A stretch of DNA of 64,000 bases from assembly GCA_963832745.1 (NCBI GenBank), contig CAWHVC010000005.1:384001-448000 (forward strand), given 5' to 3'. Shown piece after piece: positions 7,778-17,790 of this stretch (position 1 is the stretch's first letter; each line of letters starts with the position of its first letter). Made by a program: the position numbers and the translations under genes. The notes beneath the pieces are model-generated. The model searched no databases. It had not been told where the DNA came from and saw only the letters and a program-made list of their open reading frames with translations. This DNA comes from Candidatus Bathyarchaeota archaeon (GTDB lineage Archaea; Thermoproteota; Bathyarchaeia; Bathyarchaeales; Bathycorpusculaceae).

Positions 7778-9016
7778 TTACCCGCTGATTTTTTGTGGTT
7801 TACCCATGTAATTTAGGGCCATGGGCATTACGTCTTTGCCGTTGATACGGCTAAGTCCACCCTTATAGACTGAACGCTCACTATACACGGTTACTCCATC
7901 CGAAATCACTTCGCCGCCTGCAAAACAAACTGGCACAGCATCGCCAGTGTGCGCTCGACTTTTGCAAGAAGTGGCATGGTCAGGCACCAAAATCATGCAG
8001 GTTTCAGCTAAATCCACGCCAGCCAGAATTCTTCCGACCATTGCATCAATTTTTTGGATTATGGCGATTTTGCCTTTGATGTTACCGTCGTGGCTTGCCT
8101 CGTCAGCTGCTTCAACATGAACATAAACAAAATCACTTCCAGCCGCCAACGCCGAAAGTGCGGCATCAGCTTTTGCGAGGGTATCAGTATCAAGTTCGCC
8201 AGTTGCTCCGGGCACGTCTGGAACATTCATTCTGCTAAATTTGCCGATGCCCTTGATTAGGCTGGCTGCAGCGACACAGGTGGCTTTTAAGCCGTATTTT
8301 TCTTGGAACGGCGTCATTTCTGGCTGTTTGCTTCCGCTCCAGGGTAGAACAGCGTTTGCAGGTTTTTGCCCGTTGGATTTGCGTTTGATGTTGACTGGGT
8401 GACTGTTTAGAGTGTCATGTGTTAGTTTTATGAATTCGTTTAGGGCGTTGGCTGTGTGTTTTGCTTCAATGGAGCCGTCTAAGGGTCTTATTGCCGTGGT
8501 TGGGCAACCGGTTTTGGGTAGGGTGTATGTGACTTTAGGGGAGAGTTTATCGCCCCGCAGAACTAATGCAGCTTTGAAGCCTAAGGTCTGCTTAAAATGG
8601 ACTTCAACATCCGAGTTAACTTCAAGTTTAACTTGCGCGATGGCTTCCGCTAAAGTTTTAGCTTCAACACCGATCCTGCCAGCCCGTTCATCCACCAAAC
8701 ACAAACCCTCATCTACAGTGGCAAAGTTGCATCTAAACGCCAAATCACCCCGCTTAAGCTCCAGTCCTGCACCTGCTGCCTCAAAAGGTCCACGCCCCCC
8801 GCAGACAAGCCATGGGTCATAGCCTAAAAGTGTCAAGTTTGCTGCGTCACTACCGGGCGCAATTCCCGGAGCAATGGGGTCAAGCAGTCCTGAAGCACCT
8901 AATGATACGAGTTTATCCATGAACCGTGGGTTAGCGGCTTCCAGTGGAGTTTTAAAATCCAGTTCCTGCAGTGGTCGGTCAGCCATGCCGTCGCCGACAA
9001 TTAAGATGCAACGCAT
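7778..9016 (-). CDS. ApgM-family (cofactor-independent phosphoglycerate mutase-like) metalloenzyme
   Basis: DGMADRP, TPLEAA, PGSDAA (catalytic Ser), GRGPFEAAG, DEASHDG, PDHAT, HTGDAVP; ATG at 9016 preferred. Confidence 0.85.
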   Translation of the reverse strand: MRCILIVGDGMADRPLQELDFKTPLEAANPRFMDKLVSLGASGLLDPIAPGIAPGSDAANLTLLGYDPWLVCGGRGPFEAAGAGLELKRGDLAFRCNFATVDEGLCLVDERAGRIGVEAKTLAEAIAQVKLEVNSDVEVHFKQTLGFKAALVLRGDKLSPKVTYTLPKTGCPTTAIRPLDGSIEAKHTANALNEFIKLTHDTLNSHPVNIKRKSNGQKPANAVLPWSGSKQPEMTPFQEKYGLKATCVAAASLIKGIGKFSRMNVPDVPGATGELDTDTLAKADAALSALAAGSDFVYVHVEAADEASHDGNIKGKIAIIQKIDAMVGRILAGVDLAETCMILVPDHATSCKSRAHTGDAVPVCFAGGEVISDGVTVYSERSVYKGGLSRINGKDVMPMALNYMGKPQKISG

Positions 9017-9193
9017 AACGATATAGTCCCTCAAGGTGACAGTTTACGGTTTTCTGATTGTTCATTTGTCAAGTTTAACGTAGCCGATATAAAGTTTTAG
9101 TTGCACACGATAGTCACAAGCTGCTTGGTGAAAAAGGAAAAGCGACGGAACATTTTATTATTTTGAACCTTAAGCTAAACTACTGGTACTGCT

Positions 9194-9991
9194 ATGAAGG
9201 AACTTGTCTTTGTAGGCTTAGGATTAAACGACGAATACGGCATCACCCTAAAAGGGCTAGAAGAGACCAAGACGGCGGATGCAGTGTTTATGGAAACCTA
9301 CACCAGCCGCATGCCCGACTTTAACATGCAACATTTCGAAGAACTCTGCGGCAAAAAAATCCAAATCATCACACGCCAAACCTTAGAGGAAGAGAACGGC
9401 AAACGTCTTCTTCAAGCCGCAGAAACTGGAAAAGCCGTGTTTCTGGTTCCCGGAGACCCTTTCATCGCAACCACCCATGTCACGTTACGTATTGATGCGG
9501 AAAAAATGGGCATTCACACCCGAATCGTGCACGGCATCTCTATCATGTCAGCAATAGTTAGCCTCTCGGGCTTGCACAATTACAAGTTCGGCAAAACCGT
9601 TACTGTTCCGTTCCCAGACACACCAGCAGACACACCCTACAAGGTAATAGCTCAAAACAAAAAGCTCGGTTTGCATACTCTATGCCTTTTGGATTTGAGG
9701 GAGCCTGAGAAGCGTTATTTGTCGATTAATCAGGCAATCAAAACTTTACAGTCGGTAGAAGAGAAAAAACAGGAAAAAGTAATAACATCAGACACAGTGG
9801 CTGTTGGAGTTGCACGTGCAGGCAGCAACCAGCCAACTCTCAAAGCAGGGTTTGTAAAGGACTTGGCAGATTTTGATTTCGGCGAGCCACCTTACAGCTT
9901 GATTTTTCCAGGCGATTTGCATTTCATGGAGGTTGACGCGCTCGTGGCTTTTGCGGGTGCACCAGTGGAGTTTAAGAGGTTGTTTAGATGA
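9194..9991 (+). CDS. dph5: Diphthine synthase
   Basis: LVFVGLGL, ETYTS, GDPFIATTH, YKFGKTVTVP, LHTLCLLD motifs. Confidence 0.95.
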   Translation: MKELVFVGLGLNDEYGITLKGLEETKTADAVFMETYTSRMPDFNMQHFEELCGKKIQIITRQTLEEENGKRLLQAAETGKAVFLVPGDPFIATTHVTLRIDAEKMGIHTRIVHGISIMSAIVSLSGLHNYKFGKTVTVPFPDTPADTPYKVIAQNKKLGLHTLCLLDLREPEKRYLSINQAIKTLQSVEEKKQEKVITSDTVAVGVARAGSNQPTLKAGFVKDLADFDFGEPPYSLIFPGDLHFMEVDALVAFAGAPVEFKRLFR

Positions 9992-10272
9992 GCCTTGAAA
10001 CCTTAACAGCCAAATACATTGCTTCAGCAGAAATTGTGCTTAACACTATGCAGCGTAACCCAACCCCAGTTAATGTTACCGAAGAAGGCGTCAGCAACCT
10101 GATAAGTTACGTCTACGATTATTTGGAGGATGCAAAGTATTATAAGGCAAGCGGTAAGCTTGAAACAAGTCTAACCTCGGTCGCGTACTGTGAAGGGTTA
10201 CTTGACGCCTTAAAACTGTTGGGAGCAGTGACGTTTGAATGGCCAACCAAGAAAACGGAAACAGAAAAGTAG
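9988..10272 (+). CDS. DUF357-like protein
   Basis: YLEDAKYY...SVAYCEGLLDALKLLG; usual neighbour of dph5. Confidence 0.8.
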   Translation: MSLETLTAKYIASAEIVLNTMQRNPTPVNVTEEGVSNLISYVYDYLEDAKYYKASGKLETSLTSVAYCEGLLDALKLLGAVTFEWPTKKTETEK

Positions 10273-10703
10273 TCTTAGCAAGTGGCGTATTTGACCTGCT
10301 TCATCTGGGGCACGTCAAGTTCCTTGAAGAAGCTAAACGTGCAGGTGGAGAAAATGCTGAACTCATCGTTGTCATCGCCCGAGACAGCACAGTTGAGCAG
10401 GCTAAAGGCAGAAAACCCATAATGCCCGAGGACCAACGACGAGCTCTCGTCGAATCTCTAAAAGTTGTTGACATTGCAGTTTTAGGTTTTGAAAACTTGG
10501 ACATAGGCGAAGTAGTTGCGAAGATAAAGCCTGACATTATCGCTTTAGGTTATGACCAAGAAAAAATGGCTCAAAACGTTGAAGCTTACCTTAAAACTCA
10601 CAATTTGCCTGTAAAGATTGTTAGAATTGGCAAATTCGGAGAGGATGCTTTAGATAGTTCCTCGAAGATTAGACAGAAAATAGTTGAGAAGTTTTCAAGA
10701 TGA
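10239..10703 (+). CDS. ribL: Archaeal FAD synthase (cytidylyltransferase family)
   Basis: GVFDLLHLGH (HxGH), VIARD, KPDIIALGYDQ, SSSKI; next to riboflavin kinase. Confidence 0.85.
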   Translation: MANQENGNRKVVLASGVFDLLHLGHVKFLEEAKRAGGENAELIVVIARDSTVEQAKGRKPIMPEDQRRALVESLKVVDIAVLGFENLDIGEVVAKIKPDIIALGYDQEKMAQNVEAYLKTHNLPVKIVRIGKFGEDALDSSSKIRQKIVEKFSR

Positions 10704-11326
10704 TAGTTAAAATCCCCAAAAGCTCACAGAAATTCAGAGTAACGTACGTGTTGATTGCGATAAACATTGCAATCTATATTTACGGTGCTATTGTCGGCGG
10801 GGATGCACTAGTCACGGGCTACAATGTTGTTTACCAGTGGGGACAGTATAACCTGCTGGTTTTGTCCTACGGTGCCTACTATCAATTGTTCACTTCAATG
10901 TTTATTCATGCGTCCATAGTCCACTTAGCGGGCAACATGCTGTTCTTGTTAATTTTTGGTTTAAGAGCAGAAGAAATGTTTTCGCTGCCTGAATACTTGG
11001 GGATCTACTTAATAGGCGGCTTAGTCGGCAATATGCTCTCGTTAGTTTTTGGACCAGACTTTCTTTCAGTAGGCGCTTCAGGAGCAATATTTGCGTTATT
11101 TGGAGCCACAGTAATTTACGACAGAAAAGCAATGCAGCAATCAATCGTTGGCGCACTCATATTTGCATTCTTTCTGTTCTTCATAAACATGGGTGAAGGC
11201 GTTAACATTTTGGCGCATCTTGGCGGATTAGCCTTCGGACTAGTTGTAGGCTACATTATTGCGTCTAGACGTAAACCTGAAAAACAAGCTCAGTACACAA
11301 TTAATTACTCGTATCAACCGATTTAG
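10700..11326 (+). CDS. Rhomboid intramembrane serine protease
   Basis: HLAGNM, GASGAIF (catalytic Ser), AHLGG (catalytic His). Confidence 0.92.
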   Translation: MIVKIPKSSQKFRVTYVLIAINIAIYIYGAIVGGDALVTGYNVVYQWGQYNLLVLSYGAYYQLFTSMFIHASIVHLAGNMLFLLIFGLRAEEMFSLPEYLGIYLIGGLVGNMLSLVFGPDFLSVGASGAIFALFGATVIYDRKAMQQSIVGALIFAFFLFFINMGEGVNILAHLGGLAFGLVVGYIIASRRKPEKQAQYTINYSYQPI

Positions 11327-12020
11327 AGGGAGAAGTAAAAACTTCAACCTTCACTTTATGCCCATCCTTAAGGTTTAACTGTTTACGCAAGCAAACAGGT
11401 GCAATGATTTCCAGCACTGAAACATCATAGTGGCTACGTGTAGCAGTTACCAAGGCACCCTTTACCTTGTTGTCAATGATTGCGGGGTAACATTTAACCA
11501 GTCCAAAGCTGCGGTCAGTGTTTTTGAATCCTTCAACTTGAATAGCTGGGTAAGCGTCAAGTTCCATGCGTGTTTTGATGTCATAATCACTGTTAAGTTT
11601 AAGGTTCAATGTGCCAAGGTATGGTTCAAAACCAAGTTTTTCTGTTAACTGCTTACGATAATTTTCCTTTGAAATGTAATATGCACCCTCGCCAAGCCCT
11701 GTAAAAACGGTACCTTCAAGGGTAACTGAAGGCGGAAAATCGGTTTCAATAACAACCTTAAGACTAGAATAAAGCCGCAGGAGTTCACGTACACCTGGTT
11801 CGTCAATTTTTATTAGGCTGCCTTCGGGGGTTATGTTGCGTTTAATCCAGCCTTTGCGTTCAAGCTCAATAAAGTAGCGGGAAGCCGTCTGTTGAGAAAT
11901 GCCAAGCTTTTCAGCTAAGAATTCGGTGGAGATTTTGGCGATTCGACGGTAAGCACCCATCTCTGCCAGTTTCAAAAGCATGTAAACGTGTTGCCATTCC
12001 TGCTTTTCAGTCAATGACAT
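11301..12020 (-). CDS. ribK: HTH-fused CTP-dependent riboflavin kinase (RbkR-type regulator/kinase)
   Basis: N-terminal HTH (LAEKLGISQQTASR) plus GTVFTGLGEGAYY, PYLGTLN, LEIIAPVCLR. Confidence 0.9.
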   Translation of the reverse strand: MSLTEKQEWQHVYMLLKLAEMGAYRRIAKISTEFLAEKLGISQQTASRYFIELERKGWIKRNITPEGSLIKIDEPGVRELLRLYSSLKVVIETDFPPSVTLEGTVFTGLGEGAYYISKENYRKQLTEKLGFEPYLGTLNLKLNSDYDIKTRMELDAYPAIQVEGFKNTDRSFGLVKCYPAIIDNKVKGALVTATRSHYDVSVLEIIAPVCLRKQLNLKDGHKVKVEVFTSPSKSVDTSN

Positions 12021-12175
12021 TGCCCCAATTCAGGGTACATTAAGAAGGCTAATTATTATTTAAGCCCTCTTAAATAAAAAGGGCAAAACACCAGCTAACA
12101 ACCAAGTTTTAGTAAAAAACGTTTTATCACAGTACAAAACAAACAAACCCAAAGGATACACGGTGAAAAGACACG

Positions 12176-12979
12176 GTGCAACAAAACGTTTTTGACACTA
12201 TGGGCAAATATTGGCAGGAAATCGCCGACAAAGGACCCACGCAAAAGCAAATCCAATTCATCAAAGACAACGTTTCTCCTGAGGGTTGGGTTTTGGATTT
12301 AGCTTGCGGAACAGGCAGACACACCATTCCCCTGATGAAAGAAGGCTTTAGCGTAGTCGGTTTAGATATTTCGTCAAAGCTGCTTAAAATCGCCAAACAA
12401 CACCAGTCTCAAGCACAACTGGTAAAAGCAGACATTCAGCACCTACCCTTTAAAGAGAAAACGTTTTCTGCAGTCTTAAGTTTGGACAACAGTTTCGGTT
12501 ACCTTCCATCCGAAAAGGCTGACTTGGAAAGCCTAAAAGAAACCGGCCAAATCCTCCGCCAAAGTGGTTTGTTTGTGTTAGATGTTTTTAACCGTGAACA
12601 ACTTGTTCTAAAATATGGCAAGTTTCTGGTAAACCTCCAGTGGCTCATTTTGCCACCCCTAATAAAGTATCCAAACCGTCTTTCCCAAAGCCTACTATGG
12701 ATAATTTACAAGTGGAAAAACTATCCCAGCTTCTTTTTGCTTCAAAAAAGAACCGTGAACGTTGAGGCAGAACAACTTTGCGATTTGTGGATAACAATTG
12801 ATAAGGCAGACAGAAAAATGCACATGTTTAGGCATTATGCACGATTGTATAAGTTGGGGCGCTTGAAAGAGTTGCTGTTTAAGGCAGGTTTTGTGGTTGA
12901 ACGGGTTTGCGGAGGCTATGAAGGGCAAGATTTCAGTGTAAAATCGCTCAGGCTGATTTTTTTGGCAGATGTAACTTAG
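12176..12979 (+). CDS. Class I SAM-dependent methyltransferase
   Basis: VLDLACGTGRH, VVGLDIS, ADIQHLPF, SFGY. Confidence 0.88.
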   Translation: MQQNVFDTMGKYWQEIADKGPTQKQIQFIKDNVSPEGWVLDLACGTGRHTIPLMKEGFSVVGLDISSKLLKIAKQHQSQAQLVKADIQHLPFKEKTFSAVLSLDNSFGYLPSEKADLESLKETGQILRQSGLFVLDVFNREQLVLKYGKFLVNLQWLILPPLIKYPNRLSQSLLWIIYKWKNYPSFFLLQKRTVNVEAEQLCDLWITIDKADRKMHMFRHYARLYKLGRLKELLFKAGFVVERVCGGYEGQDFSVKSLRLIFLADVT

Positions 12980-13080
12980 CATGTTCTGGTGCATCAATTT
13001 CGGGCGCGAAATAATTCGGTAACCGCATAAAAGTTATAAGCGCGCAGTGAAAGACTTTGAAGAGTAGTTAGTGACCGTTA

Positions 13081-14091
13081 ATGAACGCTTGGAAACTCCG
13101 TTTTTCAATGGTTGGAACCTTAGCGGTAATCTTTGGTTTATCAACCCTCGTATTTACAGCTGTTTTAACACTTGCCGGAATCGGATTAAGTTTAATGACT
13201 ATCGGCATACTCGTCGTTGTCTTTAACATTGCCCAATGGCTATTCTCGCCTTACCTTGTCGGCGCAATCTATAAAGCAAAAGAAATGCCAGCTAACGAAA
13301 ACCCTGAACTGCACCAGATGATTCAAGAGTTAAGCCTTAAAAGCAAAATCCAGCCGCCCAAACTAATGCTTGCACAAATCCCAATGCCAAACGCTTTTGC
13401 CTACGGTTCACCATTAACAGGCAGCCGCGTGGCAGTTACCCAAGGCTTACTAAAGTCACTTGACAAAGGCGAAGTTGAAGCAGTCATTGGACATGAATTA
13501 GGCCATTTAAAACATCGAGACGTCCAAGTAATGATGACCGTTTCATTTCTGCCGTCATTATTCTATTTCATCGGTTACTCCTTAATGCTTTCCGGCATGT
13601 TTGGAGGCAGAGACAGCCGCAGCAACGACGGTAGCAGCGCCATAATCGGCATAGCATTCATGGCTTTCTCATGGATACTAAACATGTTCACCTTATACCT
13701 AAGCCGCCTGCGAGAGTACTATGCAGACAGACATAGCGTATCCATCGTTGAAAACGGCGCCGAGAAACTTTCAACCGGTTTAGTTACAATCGTTAACGAA
13801 AGCAAAAATCAAAACCAGTACAGGCGAGCTAACAGCAGAAGAAGAGATGAACAAAAAACCAATACTTCCTTTAAGGCTCTATTCATCAGTGACCCTGACC
13901 GTGCAGAGGCAGACGCAGAAGAACTCCACGCAAACGGCTATGCAGATAAAAAAGCGTTACTAAAAGAAACCTTATCTAAAGATTTGACAGGCGCAGACAA
14001 ATTCGCTGAAATCTTCTCAACACACCCCAACATCATAAAACGGCTTCGGGCGTTACAAGAACAAGCCCAAGTCCAAACTATTCAAGCTTAA
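13081..14091 (+). CDS. htpX: Zinc metalloprotease HtpX (M48)
   Basis: PNAFAYG, HELGH, SRLREYYAD, FSTHP. Confidence 0.93.
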   Translation: MNAWKLRFSMVGTLAVIFGLSTLVFTAVLTLAGIGLSLMTIGILVVVFNIAQWLFSPYLVGAIYKAKEMPANENPELHQMIQELSLKSKIQPPKLMLAQIPMPNAFAYGSPLTGSRVAVTQGLLKSLDKGEVEAVIGHELGHLKHRDVQVMMTVSFLPSLFYFIGYSLMLSGMFGGRDSRSNDGSSAIIGIAFMAFSWILNMFTLYLSRLREYYADRHSVSIVENGAEKLSTGLVTIVNESKNQNQYRRANSRRRDEQKTNTSFKALFISDPDRAEADAEELHANGYADKKALLKETLSKDLTGADKFAEIFSTHPNIIKRLRALQEQAQVQTIQA

Positions 14092-14161
14092 TTTTTCTTT
14101 TTTGTGTATGGCAAACTGTTATAGCTTAGCCGCTGATTCTTTTTTTGTTGAAGGCACAGTT

Positions 14162-15388
14162 ATGGATAAAACGGCAGTTTTCGGTCAAATTGATAATTTG
14201 AAACAGGAAATGGCGCAAGCTTTAGTGGCGCTTATCAGCATTCCCGCCGTTGCTCCCGAGAATGGTGGAGATGGGGAATACCAAAAAGCTCAACGGCTAA
14301 TTCAATTGTTGAACGAGGCAGGCTTTGACAAAATCGAATGCTACAACGCAGTTGACAGACGGGTTTCCAGCGGCAAACGCCCAAACGTCATCGCCTACCT
14401 CAAAGGCTCCTCAGACGAGAAGCGTCTATGGATAATAACTCACATGGACGTGGTTCCACCCGGAGAAGAGGCGGCGTGGACAGATACACAGCCGTTCAAG
14501 CCAGCTTTGATTGGTGACCGTATTGTTGGTAGAGGCAGCGAAGACAATGGACAATCACTGGTCGCCTCAATTTACGCACTAAAGGCACTTAAACAGCTAG
14601 GCATCAAACCCAAATTCACCGTTGGCCTCGCGTTTGTAGCTGACGAGGAGCAGGGCAGCGAATACGGAATTCAGTATCTTCTCGGCCAAAACATTTTCAA
14701 GCCAAACGATCTTATCGTTGTTCCAGACAGCGGCAACGAACAGGGCAGCTTTATTGAGGTGGCAGAAAAAAGCATCCTGTGGCTAAAAATACGTACCTTA
14801 GGCAAACAAACTCATGGCAGTCGCCCAAACGATGGTTTAAACGCTCATAGAATCGGCATGGAAGTCGCCTTGGCATTGGATAAGATGCTGCATGAGAAGC
14901 ACCCAGACAAGGATGAGTTGTTTGATGTTCCAGTAAGCACTTTTGAGCCAACCAAAAAAGACCGCAACGTTGACGCTGTTAACGTGATTCCCGGCGAAGA
15001 CACATGTTATTTTGACTGCCGCATTTTGCCAAGATACAGCCTTGACGAGATATTAGCTGATATTGAAGGGTTGCTCAGTTATTACATGGAGAAAACTGGC
15101 GCCAAAATCATGCTGGAACTGCTGCAAAAACAGACGTCGCCCTTACTTGAAACGGATAACGCGGAAGTTGTGTTGCGGCTTAAAGCAGCTATTAAGGAGG
15201 CGCGGGGCATTGACGCGTCGGTTGGCGGTATCGGCGGCGGTAGTTGTGCAGCGTTTTTCCGTAAACAGGGAATCCCAGCAGTGGTATGGAGCACAATTTT
15301 GGAGCTTGCACATCAACCTAACGAGTACGCAAACGTTTCCAACATGGTTGCTGACGCGAAAGTTTTTGCACTCTTAGCCATGACCTAA
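14162..15388 (+). CDS. M20 metallopeptidase (ArgE/DapE family)
   Basis: HMDVVP, GRGSEDN, DEE, AHQPNE; start placed at ATG 14162. Confidence 0.88.
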   Translation: MDKTAVFGQIDNLKQEMAQALVALISIPAVAPENGGDGEYQKAQRLIQLLNEAGFDKIECYNAVDRRVSSGKRPNVIAYLKGSSDEKRLWIITHMDVVPPGEEAAWTDTQPFKPALIGDRIVGRGSEDNGQSLVASIYALKALKQLGIKPKFTVGLAFVADEEQGSEYGIQYLLGQNIFKPNDLIVVPDSGNEQGSFIEVAEKSILWLKIRTLGKQTHGSRPNDGLNAHRIGMEVALALDKMLHEKHPDKDELFDVPVSTFEPTKKDRNVDAVNVIPGEDTCYFDCRILPRYSLDEILADIEGLLSYYMEKTGAKIMLELLQKQTSPLLETDNAEVVLRLKAAIKEARGIDASVGGIGGGSCAAFFRKQGIPAVVWSTILELAHQPNEYANVSNMVADAKVFALLAMT

Positions 15389-15463
15389 CCGCGTATTGCA
15401 ATCAAAAGAATTTTAAAGGGAACCTGCATGTCATTCCTTGCAAACTAATGGAGACGTTAAAAC

Positions 15464-16159
15464 GTGAATAAGACTGATAAAATAATCGCTCAAGCCCGCA
15501 GTGAAAACCGTAAAGCACTCCTTGAGTCTGAAGCTAAAACTATAGTTAAGGAATACGGCATCACCGTTCCACAGTTCCAATTAGCAACAAACGAGAAGGA
15601 AGCAGCAAAAATAGCCACTGAAATCGGCTTCCCAGTTGTTGCAAAAATTGTTTCTCCGGAAATCATCCACAAATCCGACGCTGGAGGAGTCAAAGTTGGC
15701 CTCAAAACCGCTGCGGATGTTGAAGCAGCCTACAAAACAATTATTGAAAACGCCAAAAAATACAATTCTAAAGCAAACATTCTTGGTGTTCTTGTTATGG
15801 AAATGGCTCCAGCAGGAACAGAAGTTATTGTTGGCGCAATCAAAGACCCACAGTTCGGCGCTACACTTATGTTCGGCTTGGGCGGCATCTTTGTTGAAGT
15901 ACTAAAAGACGTCACCTTTAAAATTGCACCAGTCTCTATGGATGAAGCAAAAGAAATGATTACTGGTCTTAAGGCTTCTGCATTGTTGAAGGGTTACCGT
16001 AACACTCCAGCAGCAGATATTGATGCTCTTGCACAAATTATTGTTAGCGTATCTAAGCTTCTTACTGATTATCCAGAAATTAAAGAGCTTGACTTAAACC
16101 CAGTCATGGCATACGCTAAAGGCGCAAGCACAGTCGACGCAAGAATTATTCTTGAATAA
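15464..16159 (+). CDS. acdB: Acetate-CoA ligase (ADP-forming) beta subunit, ATP-grasp
   Basis: IGFPVVAKIVSPEIIHKSDAGGV, DPQFG, FGLGGIFVE, ELDLNP; no alpha subunit in the window. Confidence 0.88.
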   Translation: MNKTDKIIAQARSENRKALLESEAKTIVKEYGITVPQFQLATNEKEAAKIATEIGFPVVAKIVSPEIIHKSDAGGVKVGLKTAADVEAAYKTIIENAKKYNSKANILGVLVMEMAPAGTEVIVGAIKDPQFGATLMFGLGGIFVEVLKDVTFKIAPVSMDEAKEMITGLKASALLKGYRNTPAADIDALAQIIVSVSKLLTDYPEIKELDLNPVMAYAKGASTVDARIILE

Positions 16160-16164
16160 ACGCC

Positions 16165-16220
16165 TTAATTCTTTCTTTTTCGTTTTTCTTTTTTGTTTTC
16201 GATTTTCTTTCTATTTTTTG
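16165..16220 (+). terminator. Oligo-T tract, probable archaeal terminator of acdB
   Basis: Several T5-T6 runs immediately after the stop codon. Confidence 0.5.
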
Positions 16221-16319
16221 GCGTTGCAAAAACAGGTATAGAATATAGGGTTCTATAGAAAATAAAATGACAATCCTTAAAAGCAAAAAGGTTCCCTTAG
16301 TCATGTAAAAGGAATCCAC

Positions 16320-16799
16320 GTGAATGCACAATTACATCCTTATGTAGTTTTTCTTCCAGCAGAAAAAAAAGACAAAATCCTATCTGCCATCTTCGGCTCA
16401 AAAGGCGGCGTAGACATCCTACGATACAGCCTAAAACAAGGCATAGACAAAAGCCTCTACCAAAAAGACCTCGTAGCAAAACTAAACTACTCCAACAAAA
16501 CCGTTATTGAAAACCTCAAAGCCCTCACAGCCCTAGGCGTTCTTGACGAAAAAATGGAAAAAAGCGAGAAAGACGGCAGAATCACATGGATAAAAAGCTA
16601 CCAACTAACAACCTTGGGCAGATGGTTCGCCCTGTTACTTGCAGAAGAGCAAGAAATCACCGCTGAAGAAAAAACCGAAATCCTCCAAAGCCTATTCCGC
16701 ACCTACGTAAAACAGACAAAACGGCTTGCGGAAGAAATCGGCATCGACAAGAAAAAACTTGAAGAAACATTCAAAGAAGAAATGACAAGCACACAATAA
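16320..16799 (+). CDS. Winged-helix DNA-binding protein
   Basis: YQKDLVAKLNYSNKTVIENLKALTALGVL (HTH) and wing YQLTTLG. Confidence 0.7.
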   Translation: MNAQLHPYVVFLPAEKKDKILSAIFGSKGGVDILRYSLKQGIDKSLYQKDLVAKLNYSNKTVIENLKALTALGVLDEKMEKSEKDGRITWIKSYQLTTLGRWFALLLAEEQEITAEEKTEILQSLFRTYVKQTKRLAEEIGIDKKKLEETFKEEMTSTQ

Positions 16800-16873
16800 A
16801 CTGTTTTTTTTAACCCCGTTGTTTTCGGGTTAGTTTAATTAAATGCGTCCCACATATTTTGGCTTGAAGTAAC

Positions 16874-17767
16874 ATGAGTGTTCTTCCCGTGAGGGTTGGA
16901 ATACCCATTGCCAAAACAAGGCTAATTGGAGCAGCAGTAACCGCGTTAGGATTTGGAATCCTGCTGTATTTGGCAGCCATAGGTCCGTACGGATTCACAG
17001 TTACAAGTGGACTTTACCTGTTCTGGGGCATCACAGTGGGAAGCGTTACAGGCTTATATGAAGCTAAACTGGTTTTATCCCAGATAAACCAGAGAACGTT
17101 CATGTGGCTATGGAGAATATCAGTAGTCACAGCTGTTTTGGTTTTGGCGCCAATGGTGCTTGCGCTACTATTTTTGGGTGAATCTGAAGGAGCAGGCTTT
17201 ATGGTGTACGCCGTCTTGCCTGCGATTCCAGCCTTTTTAGGTGCAAGCGGATACCGCTACAACAAGTTTGAGCAAGAAAATGGGGTTCAAATCTTTTCGG
17301 CTCCGTGGGGATTCGAGTTTTGGACAGAACCCGTGGTGGATAGAAACGAAAAATTCTACCTTTTCATCCGAGACATACAAGTCAAAGACACATCCACAAT
17401 GTGGCAACAAATCGGCTACGCCAAAATCTACCAGCGCGAACTAAAAAAATGCCAAAACCTCTCAGCAGAAACAAAAGAGAGCCTTATGGGCATTTTGGGA
17501 ATGTTTAACAGGTACAGGATTTGGTGCTTAACATGCCTTGCAGTGATTACTATTGTTATCCCGTTGATTTTTGCGTTCACCTTTACAAAAGGCTTTGGCA
17601 CACTGAATCTTCCGTTAAACGCCATCACCAATATCACAATACCAATCGCCGGGGCACTTTTCATATCGATTTTTGTGGCGACTTTTAGCCTTATGCACTT
17701 ATTTAAAAAGAGAACAGCCACAATGCTCGCGCAAATTAACACAGACGAACTCTACAAAGCACAATAA
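16874..17767 (+). CDS. Hypothetical multi-pass membrane protein
   Basis: About six hydrophobic segments; long open frame. Confidence 0.65.
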   Translation: MSVLPVRVGIPIAKTRLIGAAVTALGFGILLYLAAIGPYGFTVTSGLYLFWGITVGSVTGLYEAKLVLSQINQRTFMWLWRISVVTAVLVLAPMVLALLFLGESEGAGFMVYAVLPAIPAFLGASGYRYNKFEQENGVQIFSAPWGFEFWTEPVVDRNEKFYLFIRDIQVKDTSTMWQQIGYAKIYQRELKKCQNLSAETKESLMGILGMFNRYRIWCLTCLAVITIVIPLIFAFTFTKGFGTLNLPLNAITNITIPIAGALFISIFVATFSLMHLFKKRTATMLAQINTDELYKAQ

Positions 17768-17790
17768 CCAAGCAACTCACCTATTGCCGC

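Noticed and set aside
9017-9193. Third copy of the cobalt-regulon operator at the apgM-cobD-cbiB promoter
   Set aside because: ATATAAAG is present, but the phased TTTAA/TTAA/GTTGA boxes do not follow
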